From: Vitrella brassicaformis CCMP3155
Lineage: Eukaryota > Protista > Chromerida
Assembly: GCA_001179505.1 (NCBI GenBank)
Contig: CDMY01000069.1
Span: forward strand, 124,001-188,000
Direction of reading: 5' to 3'
Length of the DNA: 64,000 nt
Shown here: in pieces, positions 21,652-33,508 of the stretch
How positions within the stretch are numbered: position 1 is the stretch's first letter
How the letters are laid out: every line of letters starts with the position of its first letter
The notes under the pieces: model-generated
What the model saw: only the letters and a program-made list of their open reading frames with translations
Told to the model about the DNA's origin: nothing
Database searches by the model: none
Position numbers and translations under genes: made by a program

Positions 21652-24253
21652 TTGCTCGCGATGCCTGCAGGCCTCGTTGCGAATTCGCGAGCGAGGCACG
21701 GCGGGCGATGGGGCGGCTCAGTGGTGCCGTGGAGGAGGCGAAGAAGGAGGGCAAGGATGTGGTCAAGAAGGTGTCAGGTGTGCCGCGGAAGCAAGGACGT
21801 ACGTATATGCAGCACACACATGCCCGGGAGGGGGAGGGGGGAATGGGTGCGCTGTGGATGGATGGAATCTCTCCTGTGTGTATCTGTTTCAGGCGCCCTT
21901 GGTGAAGGACGCGGGTGTTCGCCTCTTGGCGGGAGCTGGAGCAGCCATTCATCGAGTTCATCGCAAACATGGGCGGACGGCCTCAGTGATCGGAGGCCAT
22001 TGATACCAAGCACTGCTGCTGCTGAGGCCGCACCGGCCTCACGTCGTTGCACTGCTGTTGAGGCCGCACCGACCGTCCGTCGCACCCCTTTTTGGGTGCC
22101 TGCCCCTCCCCGCCCTCGGCTGCCACAGCGAAGAGAGGCCACGGAAGCACCGGCAGCCCAGCCGTCTGCCGATGGTGCGCAGGTGCAGGCCAGAGCTGCA
22201 TCTGCATGTGCGGCCCCCCTGACGCTCGAGGGAGCTGTGCTGCCCGTCGCTTCACCCACCAGGCGGCATGAGCCTCCACCAACTATTCCCGCTGTCGAGG
22301 AGGTCAAGGAGGTCAAGGAGCCCAAGGAGGCCAAGACGACTCCTGTGGCTGACGTGCAGCTCATAGCGGACCTATCCGTGATCTCTGTAGAGGACGTAGA
22401 GGTGGCCTCTGTCATGTCTGGGGAGCCACCGTCAGCTGACAACACTCTCAAGGAGTCGCCACCACCACCACCACCACTACCACCAGCAGACGAGGAGGAG
22501 GAGAAGAAGCCTGTCGTGAAGGCGCCCTCACTCACTCCCACGCCCCCAGCCGCCCAGGAGGCCACTGCGGCCGAGCCCAAGCCAGTGGTGCCGCCCGAGT
22601 TGCCAGATCCGAAAGAACAGCAGCCAGCAGCGGTTGACGTTGCCGCCACTTCCTCTGCCGAGGAGAGCGGTGGCACCCAGGTGGCTAGACGAGGTAGGGA
22701 CGGAGGGCAGAGGGAGAGAGCCAGCGGCTCGTCGCCGTCGACGAGCGCCGCGTCACCTGCCGACGGCGATTCCATCCCGTCGGAAGAGGATGCATCGCCG
22801 CAGCCATCACCACAGCCATCGCCATCAAGCGGACCCCTCCTACCCCACCCCGCCACATCGACCATCGACCCCACCGTCGCCCCCTTCAGCAGCAAGGCCG
22901 TGCCGCTCGAGATGCACTCCTTCGGCAGCAGCTACTACTTCAACAACCGCACCATCAGCATAGCTGCTGAGGTGCAGGGGAGGGAGTGCATCGTCAAGTT
23001 TCGGGCACCCAGGGCACTGCTGAGGCAGATGGGGGCACTATGCGCTGATCCGGCGGACCAGGAGGAGTTGAACGAGGCCGCACTGCGTGGCATTGAGGAC
23101 GAAGGGCAGCTTCTTCATCGGCTGGAGGGGCAGCTCAAGGCGCCACCTCTCGTGTCTAAGGAGGGTTCTGGCCAGCAAGCCGCCCCTTCGTACTTGAGCT
23201 CCCTGCCCCTGATGTGGCCAACAGGCGAGGCGCTATGGGAGGCACCGGCACCGTGACGATGAGGCTCAGCGGGCCGTACTACTCTGTTGAAGTCATGAGT
23301 AAGTCGACACTCACACCAAACACGAGGCAATGCCAAACCTCCAAATAATGTCGGTGTCTCTCTATGTGAGTGTTTGGAGAGTTCGAGGGCCACGACGCAC
23401 TCAACCTCACTCAGGTCACCCTGCTACGCGCCGCTGCCAGCCACCAGGTCGCCCACAGGCTCACTTCCCACACCGCTCTGAAGCCGTTTCAACAAGATTT
23501 CGGCCAGCCGCTCAGCACCGGTCCCCTCAAGTCCGTCGCCGCCACGTCGCGCCACATCATTCACAAGGGCCTGGTCAAGGCACTTGACACCCTGCGGCAC
23601 TTCGGGAGCCCCAAGATCCTCCACCCCCTCCCATCACACGCCCCAGAGGGCTACCCGAGGCCTGGCCCGTCTTCGCCCGAGCTAAGGGACTATCACGAGG
23701 AGGGCAGCATGGACGTGGGCCTGTGGACGAACCTGCCTTCCATTCATGGTGACCCCACACGGAGGCAACCTCTTGCTGGTGGGGAGCAAGGAGGCCGCCG
23801 ATGTGGTGCACATCGACTATGAGACGACGAGAGAGCTGCGGCGGCACCAATTTCCCATCTTCGACGAGGAGATGTGCTCGCCGGTGCCATTCGTCCCCAT
23901 CACATGTGACCTCAAGGAGTCCGCCTGTCAGGAGACAGCAGCCACAGCCAGTACACGGATATCTACGGGGTGGTGCTGACGGTCGCCATGGCGGCACTCG
24001 CGGGGCACCCGGCATTGTCCAAGACCTTCATGGATGGGCTCGGTTCGAGTGGGACGGCAACAATGGCACGCTCTGCAGCCGACTGACCGAGTTCCGGGGG
24101 GAGCAGAAACAGGCTGCAACGGGCTGCGCCGGCAAGGACAAGAGGCTGCAGTTCCAGAAGCAGGGGCTGGCGGATGCGACCAAGGCGCACGACGACCTCA
24201 TGATCGACATCGAAGCGTACATCGACCGATACACGAAGGACAAGAGGTGCTGA
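21652..24253 (+). pseudogene. Atypical protein-kinase-like (APH/RIO/ABC1-like fold) gene with a long Pro/Ala/Glu N-terminus, frameshifted
   Basis: RECIVKF (Lys of the VAVK equivalent), IEDEG (alphaC Glu), catalytic loop IHGDP/HGGNLL split by a +1 frameshift near 23757, and HIDYET. A second frameshift near 23160 runs APPLVS into GFWPASRPFVLEL. Confidence 0.65.
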
Positions 24254-24282
24254 CGGTCGCCATGGCGGCACTCGTGGGGCAC
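23972..24282 (+). repeat. 37-bp direct repeat pair (23972-24008 and 24246-24282)
   Basis: ggtgctgacggtcgccatggcggcactcg(c/t)ggggcac, 36/37 identical, copies 274 bp apart. Confidence 0.9.
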
Positions 24283-24296
24283 TCGAAGTGGAGGCG

Positions 24297-24341
24297 GCTT
24301 GCCTGTGCAGCCAGCAATCGCTGCTTACATTTTATATTCCG
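24297..24341 (+). repeat. Dispersed ~40-bp hairpin-containing repeat, copy 2
   Basis: tgtgcagccagcaatcgctgcttacattttatattccg, 36/38 identical to the reverse complement of 1093-1130. Confidence 0.85.
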
Positions 24342-24551
24342 ATGTCTGTGTCGTGGGTTCCCTATGTCTCCATGGCTTGGCCAGACTTCGCTGGATGGAT
24401 GGACCAAACGATGGTGTGCGTAAGTAAAGAGAGGATTGTGGACGCAGTGAGGTGGTGGAATGCATTGGTGGGTAATCAATCGTGGACGTGTGCGTTAACG
24501 TACATGTAGTACCCAGGGGTGAGTGTATGGGGTACAGGGGAGGAGTCTATT

Positions 24552-24840
24552 GGGAGCATGATTGACGGATAAAACACAGGTAGGGTATGTAGGTAGCCAG
24601 GGGGCGCCACATGCAATCAATGCACACAATAAAACGCCCACGTCTGTCGTCCATCTGTCGTGCTAATGCATTCGTTCACTCTGGCATGCATGGATGGCAT
24701 CGTACATCAAAAAAACTGACAATTGGCAGGCGCACGCATTGGACAGCAGCAGAGAGGGAGGGAGGGAGGGAGGGAGGGGGGACACAGACAGACAGACAGA
24801 CAGACAGACGGGCGGCAGTGCACTGGATAGATCTACACAC
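24552..24840 (+). repeat. ~290-bp diverged direct repeat, copy A (left of the ankyrin gene)
   Basis: Blocks atgattgacggataaaacaca, ggggcgccacatgca, cgcccacgtctg, aaaaaaactgac, cagcagag..(ggag)n..(gaca)n and ctggatagatct are collinear with 29014-29317. Confidence 0.85.
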
Positions 24841-24964
24841 CATGCCCCCGCAGAACCGAAGGGAGTGCTACCTTGGCCCCAATTACGGAGGAACACTTTG
24901 GGGAGCGCTCATAAACACACTACAGTAACCAACCAAGAGACTCCCCCCAAGGCCCCCTGCAAAA

Positions 24965-27900
24965 ATGAGCGCTCAGGAAATGATGCGTCGTGCCATGGTG
25001 AGTGTCAGCATGACAAGACGATTGCCTTCTGTCCGTCGCCTTCATGGTCGCCTTTCCATGCAGAGCCTCTACTGGGCCACCAGGGATGGCAATTTGGGGA
25101 CAGTATCCCAGCTGTTGGACTCTCACGGCCCTCGAGTGCTCTGGGAGTGGCAGTTGTCCATTCGTGCACGAGAGCAAGAGGCCGAGATGAAGAAGGATTT
25201 GTTGATTCAGCACCGAGTTCAGACCCAGACGAACATCTCGAAGACTGACGCAATTATGTTTCCGGGTGCCGCTGGCGTACAACCATGGGACTACGAAACT
25301 TCGCCCGTCCTCTTAGCGGTGCAAAAAGGTCACGTCTCCATTGTCAAGCTGATGTGTGAGAAAGCAGGCGGGATCGTCCAAGAGCAGCTGAAAGGCAGAG
25401 ACGAGGTGATCTTCTGACCGAACCTTACAGCGACGCTGGAACTAGCCAACACATGGATCGCATGTCCATATGGATGCATGCAGGAGGGCAACACGGGGTT
25501 TCTCCTAGCTGCCAGGCATTGGGGCGTGGACATGCTTGAGGTGCTTTACAAAACAGGAGGCCACCAGCAACTCTATAAGAACAAAGTTAGCGAAGCGTGT
25601 TATCCGGCTATATCCAAATGATCTGTCATGTGTGTTGCAGAATGGAGACACGGCGATGCATTTTGCTGCTCATCGAAATCACACACCGATGGTTAAGCGG
25701 CTGCTAGATTGGGGAGGCGAGGAGCTGCTCCACTCTGAGAATCGGGTACACACACACCAGCCTGCTCTACGAGACTTTCGTTGACCGATTATTGTCCATG
25801 ACAGAATTGTCGTACACCATTCTATTTGGCTACCGTGCACGATCGAAAGAATGTGATACGCGTAATGACCGACAAAGCTTCGTTTCGGCAGCTTCTGGGT
25901 GAGGACCCGGTAAATAGCTTTAAAGAAGAGATCAAGCACCCATCAAAGCACTTGCTCTTTTGGGCTATATGCTTGTATACAGACACGCGGGCCACAGTCG
26001 CAGCTTCTTCATCTGGCTGTTCAGGAGGGGCGCAGCGATACCGTCAAGCGTTTGTTGGCCTTCGGGGCTACCCCCCGTGTGGTGTCGTTTCGTATGGCGG
26101 TGCGTGAGGGTTCACTTGACATAATGAATGCTCTGTACGCCAAAGGGTGCCAGACGCTGGTGACTGCACTACTAAACCAAACAGACCAGGTAAGTACTGA
26201 TCAAGAATGGAGAGAAGGAGACATTTGCTTTCGTCCTTGTAGAACGGCATGACAATCATCCATGACGTCGTCAATGGGCGAAACAATAAGTACTTCTCTG
26301 AGGCCGTTCGACAGCTGCTGGAGTGGGGAGGCAATCGAGCATTCGAATTGCTTCGCAAGCAGGCGGTACTAGGATGACTATGTGCCAGAGGCATACGGGT
26401 AGACCGTTCATTTCTTTGCACGCAGAAAGATGATGAACAAACTCCTCTCCACGGGCTTGCCAATCGAGACGACGGAGGTGTTTTGACAGAGCTGCTACTG
26501 ATGAAAGACGCTTCTCTTTCCTTGCTCACGGACTATCAAGTGAGTGTCATCAATCAGCCTCGACGGACACTCGCGGCATGTTGTTTCTCTTGTATAAGGG
26601 AAACACGCCTCTCCACACGGCAATCGGAAACAGAGGATTTCAAGCCATGAACAAGCTGTTGAACATCAAAAGTCCTGATATCCTTCAGAAAGTCCTCCTT
26701 ACACAAAACAACAAGGTAAGCAAAACAGCTGCATTCTACATTCTACCCTTTGCACGTTGCACACAGGGCGAAACAGTGCTTCATCTTGCTGTACAAAAAG
26801 CAAATTTCCAGCACGATTCCAATTCCGATCGTCTCCTGCGTCTTCTGCGCTGCGCTGAACAACAAAAACAAATCCAAAATCTCCTCTCCATCAAAGATAA
26901 GCAGGTACGCATGATTTTACCAGTAACAAAAAGACATGCATCAACAGCGCACATGGCATTTACTTCATACAGGGGATGACGCCATGGATGGTCGCCTGCA
27001 GCCATGGATATGACAATGTGCCTGTGGCTTTGGCAAAGTATCGTTGCTGTAGCGTCTGTGTGAACTTGCAAGCGTTTCTGACGAGAGCATGGTTGTGGTA
27101 CTCTTTCGAGTCCCAAAGGCAACGCCAGAAGACCTGCTCTGCGCATGCGGCTGTTTTTTTTGGATTGTGCGGCATAGCTCTCATCATCGCAGGCAAGCAC
27201 AGAACAGGCAAGGAGGCAACGTCCTCTTGTGAAAAGTGGCTTGCTTCTTCTCACTCGGTTCATTCTCAGGTCTCGTCACGGACGGATGGCGTGAGAACAC
27301 CTATGAAGACACACGTAAGACAGCGGACCCATAGCTGCTCTTTACAACTTCTTCTGTCTCCTGGCAGTTCGGCCTGGATCTCAAACCCTAAAGTGCAAAA
27401 AGGCGGAACTGTTCGGTGACTCATTGAACAAAAGCTGCATATCAATTTGAAGGGCTCACAAGGCGCTGGCGTCGATTTGATGGATAAATGATTGCAGGCC
27501 TCAAGCACCGAGTGGAGGCTTGAAACACCAGTAAGATCCATGCATGAGACAATCGAAGAAAGGCATATGCAGTATCATATGCAGTATCTTATGCTGTCTT
27601 TGAGGCAAGCATGCGAGAAGGCCGGCATAAAGCGCGAAACCTGCGGCGACAAGTATAGTGTCGTCCTTGGGAAATATAAATCCTGCTCGTGCAGGTACCA
27701 GTCTACAATGAATGGAAACTAGAGAAGGTCATTGCATTTGTGCGCCGAACGGAATACAGCTCGGAACTGGCGGACTTGGATCAGGGTGGAAGGATTGAAG
27801 TCTGCAAGAAAGACGTCAAACCGAAGTCCGAAAGATGTGTAAGTCGTCCAAAAATTAAAGGGTTCTCACTCCACCCGCGCGTGTGCTGGAACAGAACCAA

Positions 27901-28590
27901 TACGAGATACTTGGCACGCTACAATCCGCTGGTCTAGTCATGATCTGTCTCGCATCGATTGGCGTGGCCTTTTCGGGGATCGGCATACTCATGAGGTTCG
28001 AAATGCTGATGCAGTGCTGGAGCTTCTCATTTTGGACCTTTCTGTTCTCCCTAATTCTTCGCACTTGATCAGCTATGGTTGTGCTAGTGTCGACACGCAC
28101 GTAGACAGAAGGAAGCCTCTCTGGTGGATTGGTCTTATTTGCTGGATCGTCAGTCTTCTGATGATTTCCATCGGTACGTTTGCGAAACAAACAAACAAAC
28201 AAACAACGAAACAGGGTTTCATGCCTTTATGTCATCGTATCGCAATCAGGCCTGATTGTGTGGGAGACGATGACTGCTGGAGGCACAGAAGACGACCAGC
28301 TGTCGTGCACTGCCAGACAATATCAGGATTCGAGTTACGAATGGAGTATCGAAAAGAAGGTGAGACGCATGCCGCTGCTTCCACTCCTCACTCTCCTCAC
28401 TCTCCCACTCTCCCAGGTCTGCCCCGTGGGTCATTCATTCTTCCTCGGTGAGTGAGTGAGACACGACCCTGACGGGGCACGCATTGGCTCGACATCAGTT
28501 TGCCCTTGTGTGCGTGCTCTCTGTTCAGCCCTCGTGGGCTTTCTGGCCATTGTGGTCGGCACCGTTTTTCACGCCAGCCCACCCAAATGA
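24965..28590 (+). CDS. Ankyrin-repeat protein with a C-terminal four-transmembrane, claudin/PMP22-like domain
   Basis: About 9-10 ankyrin repeats (TSPVLLAVQKGH, GDTAMHFAA, RTPFYLAT, GNTPLHTAI, GETVLHLAV, GMTPWMVAC). Then TM1 VFFGLCGIALIIAGLVTDGW, TM2 AGLVMICLASIGVAFSGIGILM, TM3 LWWIGLICWIVSLLMISIGLIVW, TM4 GHSFFLALVGFLAIVVGTVF. TGA at 28588-28590. The exon chain around 27370-27700 is uncertain. Confidence 0.75.
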
Positions 28591-28677
28591 GCAGCAGAGA
28601 AGAGGCCAAAGCAGACCACATGTATATGTGTTCGCATCCTGACAACTCAGTCATTACTGTCTGCTGCCTCACGCGTC

Positions 28678-28837
28678 GGCTTGGAGTGTGTGTTTGTGGT
28701 GAATATCTGAATGGTGCGTACACCCGCGCATGCACCTTTGGACTTGGAGTGAACCTTCGGACTTGGATATATATTCATGTGTTTATGTCCTGAATGTGTC
28801 TGTGCGCACATGCACGATTGGACTTGGAGTGTGTGTA
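28678..28837 (+). repeat. Degenerate short repeat cluster (GGACTTGGAGTG-like, 4 copies)
   Basis: ggcttggagtgtgtgt (28678), ggacttggagtg (28740), ggacttggat (28760), ggacttggagtgtgtgt (28820). Confidence 0.6.
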
Positions 28838-29013
28838 CTACACATGCAATTGCAAGTGCATGAAGCGGTGCCCGACGTGCTCACTTGGACGCCAGTTGTG
28901 CGTAGTGTTTGCATGTTTCGTGTGTGTTTGTGTGCAGCAGCACGCAGCACACGCACCTGTAGGCAGATCTGCACACATGGCCGTGCGCAGGGGTGCGCAG
29001 CGTGTGCACACAC

Positions 29014-29317
29014 GGGAGTACAATGATTGACGGATAAAACACATAGGTAGGGGGCGCCACATGCACACAATAAACGCCCACGTCTGCCATCCATATGTGA
29101 CGTGCTGGCTGTTTGTCAGACGGCTATTGAACTGACACACTCACTCAGGGACTCACTCAGGCACGGATGGCGTCATGTACATGAAAAAAACTGACGACTC
29201 GTAGGCACACACACACATTGCATAGCAGCAGAGGGGGAGGGAGAGAGGGAGGGAGGAAGGGACACACACAGACAGACAGACAGACAGCAAATCGCTGGAT
29301 AGATCTCTACACACACA
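29014..29317 (+). repeat. ~290-bp diverged direct repeat, copy B (TRRAP 3' flank)
   Basis: Collinear with 24552-24840. Ends ~55 bp from the TRRAP stop codon. Confidence 0.85.
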
Positions 29318-29371
29318 GTTTGCCCTCTAAGGTACGCAGACACAGCCAGCCAGCCTTCATTCATTGATCCT

Positions 29372-32300
29372 TCATAGCCATGGGTGCCACTTGGGCGGCT
29401 GCTGCATCAGGTTGGCGTGCGTCGATGCCCGCCGGATGAGGTCCATCACGCGCTGGTCGATACACGCGTCATCGTCAACGCCACCCTGATCGACCAACAT
29501 ACACATACACACAGAGGGAGACGTAGATATCGTTCCCAATCAGTGCCCCGCCCCCCTCTATGTGACACTGTGTGTGCGTACCGCAATTGTGTTGGGGTTG
29601 CTGCCGGTGACTGTGAGTCTGACTTGGCTGTAGATGTCGTCGACAATGCGCATGACTCTTTCGGCGAGCCCTCTGGGTGCCGGCACCGTCATGTGCTGGA
29701 TAGCCTGGGCGTGGGCCTCCCTCTCCGCCTGGCTTGTGACCTCCTTGTCCAGCCCGTGTGTGGCTCCTGTGGCAGTGCTGTGCTTGCGCTGCATGTGGGT
29801 GGTGTAGAGCTGGTCCACCAGTGTCGTCAGCTGCTGGCTGCGGTGGTGCAGGCAGTAGATCCAGTAGTCGTCCCGCAGGATCAGCGCCAGGTAGCTCTTG
29901 AAGACCACGTACGTGTCGGCGGCAAACAGGCACTCCCCCATCGAAAAGAGGACGGCCGGGAACAATCCCAGCAGGCCGTGTGGGCCCATCAAGGCCTGCA
30001 CATTGCGCGTCAGCCGGAAGGGCACCCGGTCCTCGCAGTGCAGCTGAAAATTGAGGGGGCTCGCAAGTGGATGGGGGGTGTGTGTCTGGGGGTCGGCCTG
30101 GTCGGCTGCGGCTGTCTGTGTCTGTGTCTGGTTGGCGTCATCGGCAGGGAGCTGCAGGGACGGCCGTAGGTCGTACTGCTGCACCTGCCCAGTGGACCTC
30201 AGCACGTGCAGCTTGGCCGGCGTGATGCCGCCGGCTTTGAACATGTGTGCGAGGAAGGCCAGGATGCCGTACTCGATGATGAAGCGCTTGCTCAGGTGGA
30301 AGGACGCGTCGGCCGTCAGCGCCGAGCGATGCAGGTAGTCGCGCAGCAGATACTCGTCCAGGCCGATGGTGGTCCCCATCACCTCATAGACCTGCTCCAT
30401 CACGCCACGATGGGTGTCGGGGTCATCAGCTTGTGGTGCAGCAGGTGGGGCCGTTGCAGGGGCTGATGCAGCGGCAGCCGCAGCAGCAGGTGCCTCCGCC
30501 CTCCTCTTCTCGCTCTCCTCCCTCTTGGCCCGCCTCGCGTTGGCCATCAGCCGCCGCGCCAGGAGAATGGGGTACTCGGGGTCTCTCATAACCTCCACAC
30601 CATCGTCCTGCTGTGGTGTTGTCGGCCGCCTGTTGGTGATGAAGTCGTCATATATCTCCTGGAAAGAGATAGCGCTGGGGTGGTCCTCGATGAGCCTCAG
30701 ACGTGGGCTGATAGGCACGGTGGTGTGTATGGACAGGCAGAGGCCCCTGCGTCTTGTGTCCTTGCACTTGCTGAGCAGGGTGTTGAGCATCAGGTGCAGC
30801 TGCACCATCCGCACTTCCCCGGCCTGCTGGTGCAGATGGCAGGTCTGCAGGATGAAGGAGTGGTAGTCCCCCCGCTGGCTGATGAGCGTCATACGCCGCA
30901 CCCACACACCGTTGCGCAACACCAGGGGGCAGTACCGGCTCATGCGGTCCAGGTGGCCCCCCGAGGTGTGCCCCTGGAAGTGCTCGCTGTCGGCCCCGCC
31001 CCCGCTGTACATGTGGGCGAAGAGAGGCTTCCAGTAGATGCCGGGAATCTCGACGCTGCGCTTGTTGTGTGCCGGCTGGAAGTACGGCGAGAGGTCGTCG
31101 CTGACGCCGTGCCACCTCGTGAGCAGCAGCTGGCGCGTCAGGAGGTCCTTCCACTTCTTGAGCTTGCCAATGGCAATGCCCACGGGCATCTGCAGGGCGG
31201 GGCCGTCACTCAGGAACTCGTTATCACCGTTGTTTCCCCGGGGTGGCGCTGGCGGTGGGTCGAAGAAGTCCTTGATGATGTCGTCTTTGTAGAGGGCGAC
31301 TATGGCGCTGGTGATGGGCTGGCTGAGGCTGCTCCGCTGGCCCTTGTCCTTCTGCTGCCTGGCGTTGATCATGAGGCGTGAGAAAGTTTTCTGCACCTGC
31401 GCCATGAGGGTGGGGGCGGTGAGGGGCGGCTGCGAGGGGTCGCCGTCGTCGCATGGCAGGTCGTAGAACTTGGAGAGGATGTTGTCGATCACCGACAGCA
31501 TCTCCTCGGCAACGTCACCTCTGAAGAATAAAAAAGTACGTGTGGTGTGTGTCAGATTGCCCTGTCTGCCTCTCCGCCTGTCTGTCTGTTTCACCTGAAT
31601 ACGCTCTCCACGTTCGACACAAAGTCGCTGAAGGGCTGTATGGTGCTGCCGCACTTGTTCTTGCAGTGCGTCGTGACGTCCTCCAGATACGCCAGCGACT
31701 GATGCTTCGTGCCGCCCCCGGTATCACCCCGCCCGTTGGTCCCGGCCGTGCCCGCTGCAGCTGCTGCCGAGGGTCCGTCTGGCGCCTGTGCGTATAGCTG
31801 CTTCTGCTGCAGCAGGTTGCAGATGGGCTGGAGGGGGGAGTTCTTCTTTTCAGCGACGGATGTGCGGAGCTGGCAGAAGATGGCCTGGGCGTACTGGGGC
31901 ATGATGCGACACAGGATGGACTTCATGGCAGGCGCCTCGTGACGCTCCAGACCTGATGAGATGAGTCAGTGAGAGAGGGAGGGATGTGAGTGGACACGTG
32001 ACCGTGTGTCGGTGTGGTGGGGGTGTGTGTGTGTGTGTGAGGTTGGGTACCCACCTGTGATGAGGTTGGGTGTGAATGGTAGCCAGAGGTGGTGGGGGAT
32101 GAACTGGACGTGCTTCTCGAAGGCGCTAGAGATGGGCGAGTGGTGCTGCTCGTCGTCGTACGTCAGCAGCCACAGCACACGCGGCATGTACAGACGCATC
32201 TTCTCCTGACTGCACACACACAGACCCATGCCATCCATCCATCCATCCAGCTCACACCCTTCCCTCCCTCCAGCACAGCAACAGCCACCACACCCCACCC

Positions 32301-33477
32301 GGCACGGCCCGCTCACCGAATGACGATGCCCATCATGTAGCAGGTGATGGCATTGATGGCATAGTTGAGGTCCCGCATGTCCCCCCGCTCGAACATGCTG
32401 TCCGCGAACCGGCCCCACGCCAGCCACCCCTGCCCATACACGGGGTTGATCCGCATCGCCACGTTGTAGTCTTCGTCAGCATCCCGCAGCAGCACCTCCT
32501 CCGAAGGGCCCTCGTCAGGGTGCGGCTCGCTCGTCGCCGGCGGCGCGTTGGGGTCGAACTGGGCGCTGCTGGCGCGGTAGGGGCCGTTGGGGGCGCCCTT
32601 GCTGTCGTCCTTTGGGCTGTTCTGGGGGGTCGCTGCAGCGGTCTTCTCCCGGCTCTCGCGGAGCTTGTTGGCCCTGATTGATTTAATTTAGCGGGTGGGG
32701 GAGAGCAGGGCAGGGCAGGGTGTGTGTGTTGGGGAGGGGAGGGGGAGGGGGAGGGGGATTGCTGTGCTGGCTGACCACTTGAGCTGTATGTTAGCTCTGA
32801 GTTTGAAGAGCTGTGCCTTGTAGCAGTCGTACATCTCCCGCGAGAACTCGGCCTGGTCGAAGTTGAAGGAGTTGATCAAGTTGATGCCTGCCGGACACAC
32901 AACACACAACATCCAACACAGCACCAATGAATCCACCATAGTCCCGTGTGCATGCGCGTGTGTCTGCGTGTCCAGTAGGGTTTAGGGTTTAGGGTTAAGC
33001 CAAACCCTAAGCCCTAAACCCTGAACCCCAAACCCTAAACCCCAAACCCTAAACCCAATTCACCTGCTTTGAGCGAGTCGATGGTCTGGTTGAGCGACTC
33101 GCCGGGCTCGTCCATCAGGCACAGCTTGACCTTTTGCGCCTGCTAAGGCGCCCACACAACAAACAGGTATAGGTATGCACCGACCGCACCAGGGGTGTGT
33201 GTGGTGTGGATGTAGCGGCATTAAGTCAAGTCGAGTGTGTGTGGGATGCGATCGACCACCGCCCCGCACTCACCAGTCCGAGGAAGTTCTCGACGTGGAA
33301 GGCGTCTGAGTCCAGATGCGGCACCACGGGGAGCCTGTACAGCTGCCGCACAGCCACGTCAGCCTGCCGGTGGGTACTCCGGGCGATGCCGGCCAGCTTG
33401 ATCATCGTCCACGGCAGATCCTGACACACCCACACACACACCCACCCACACACCCACACACACAGACACATTGATAC

Positions 33478-33508
<31 letters not shown>

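Noticed and set aside
23254-23262. In-frame TGA codons as possible selenocysteine, given PSTK in the window
   Set aside because: Better explained by the upstream frameshift, since another frame continues as kinase-like sequence. No SECIS was seen.
1093-24341. A 23-kb Polinton- or TIR-type element bounded by the inverted 38-bp repeats
   Set aside because: No target-site duplication and no polymerase, integrase or transposase. The interior holds ordinary intron-rich host genes.
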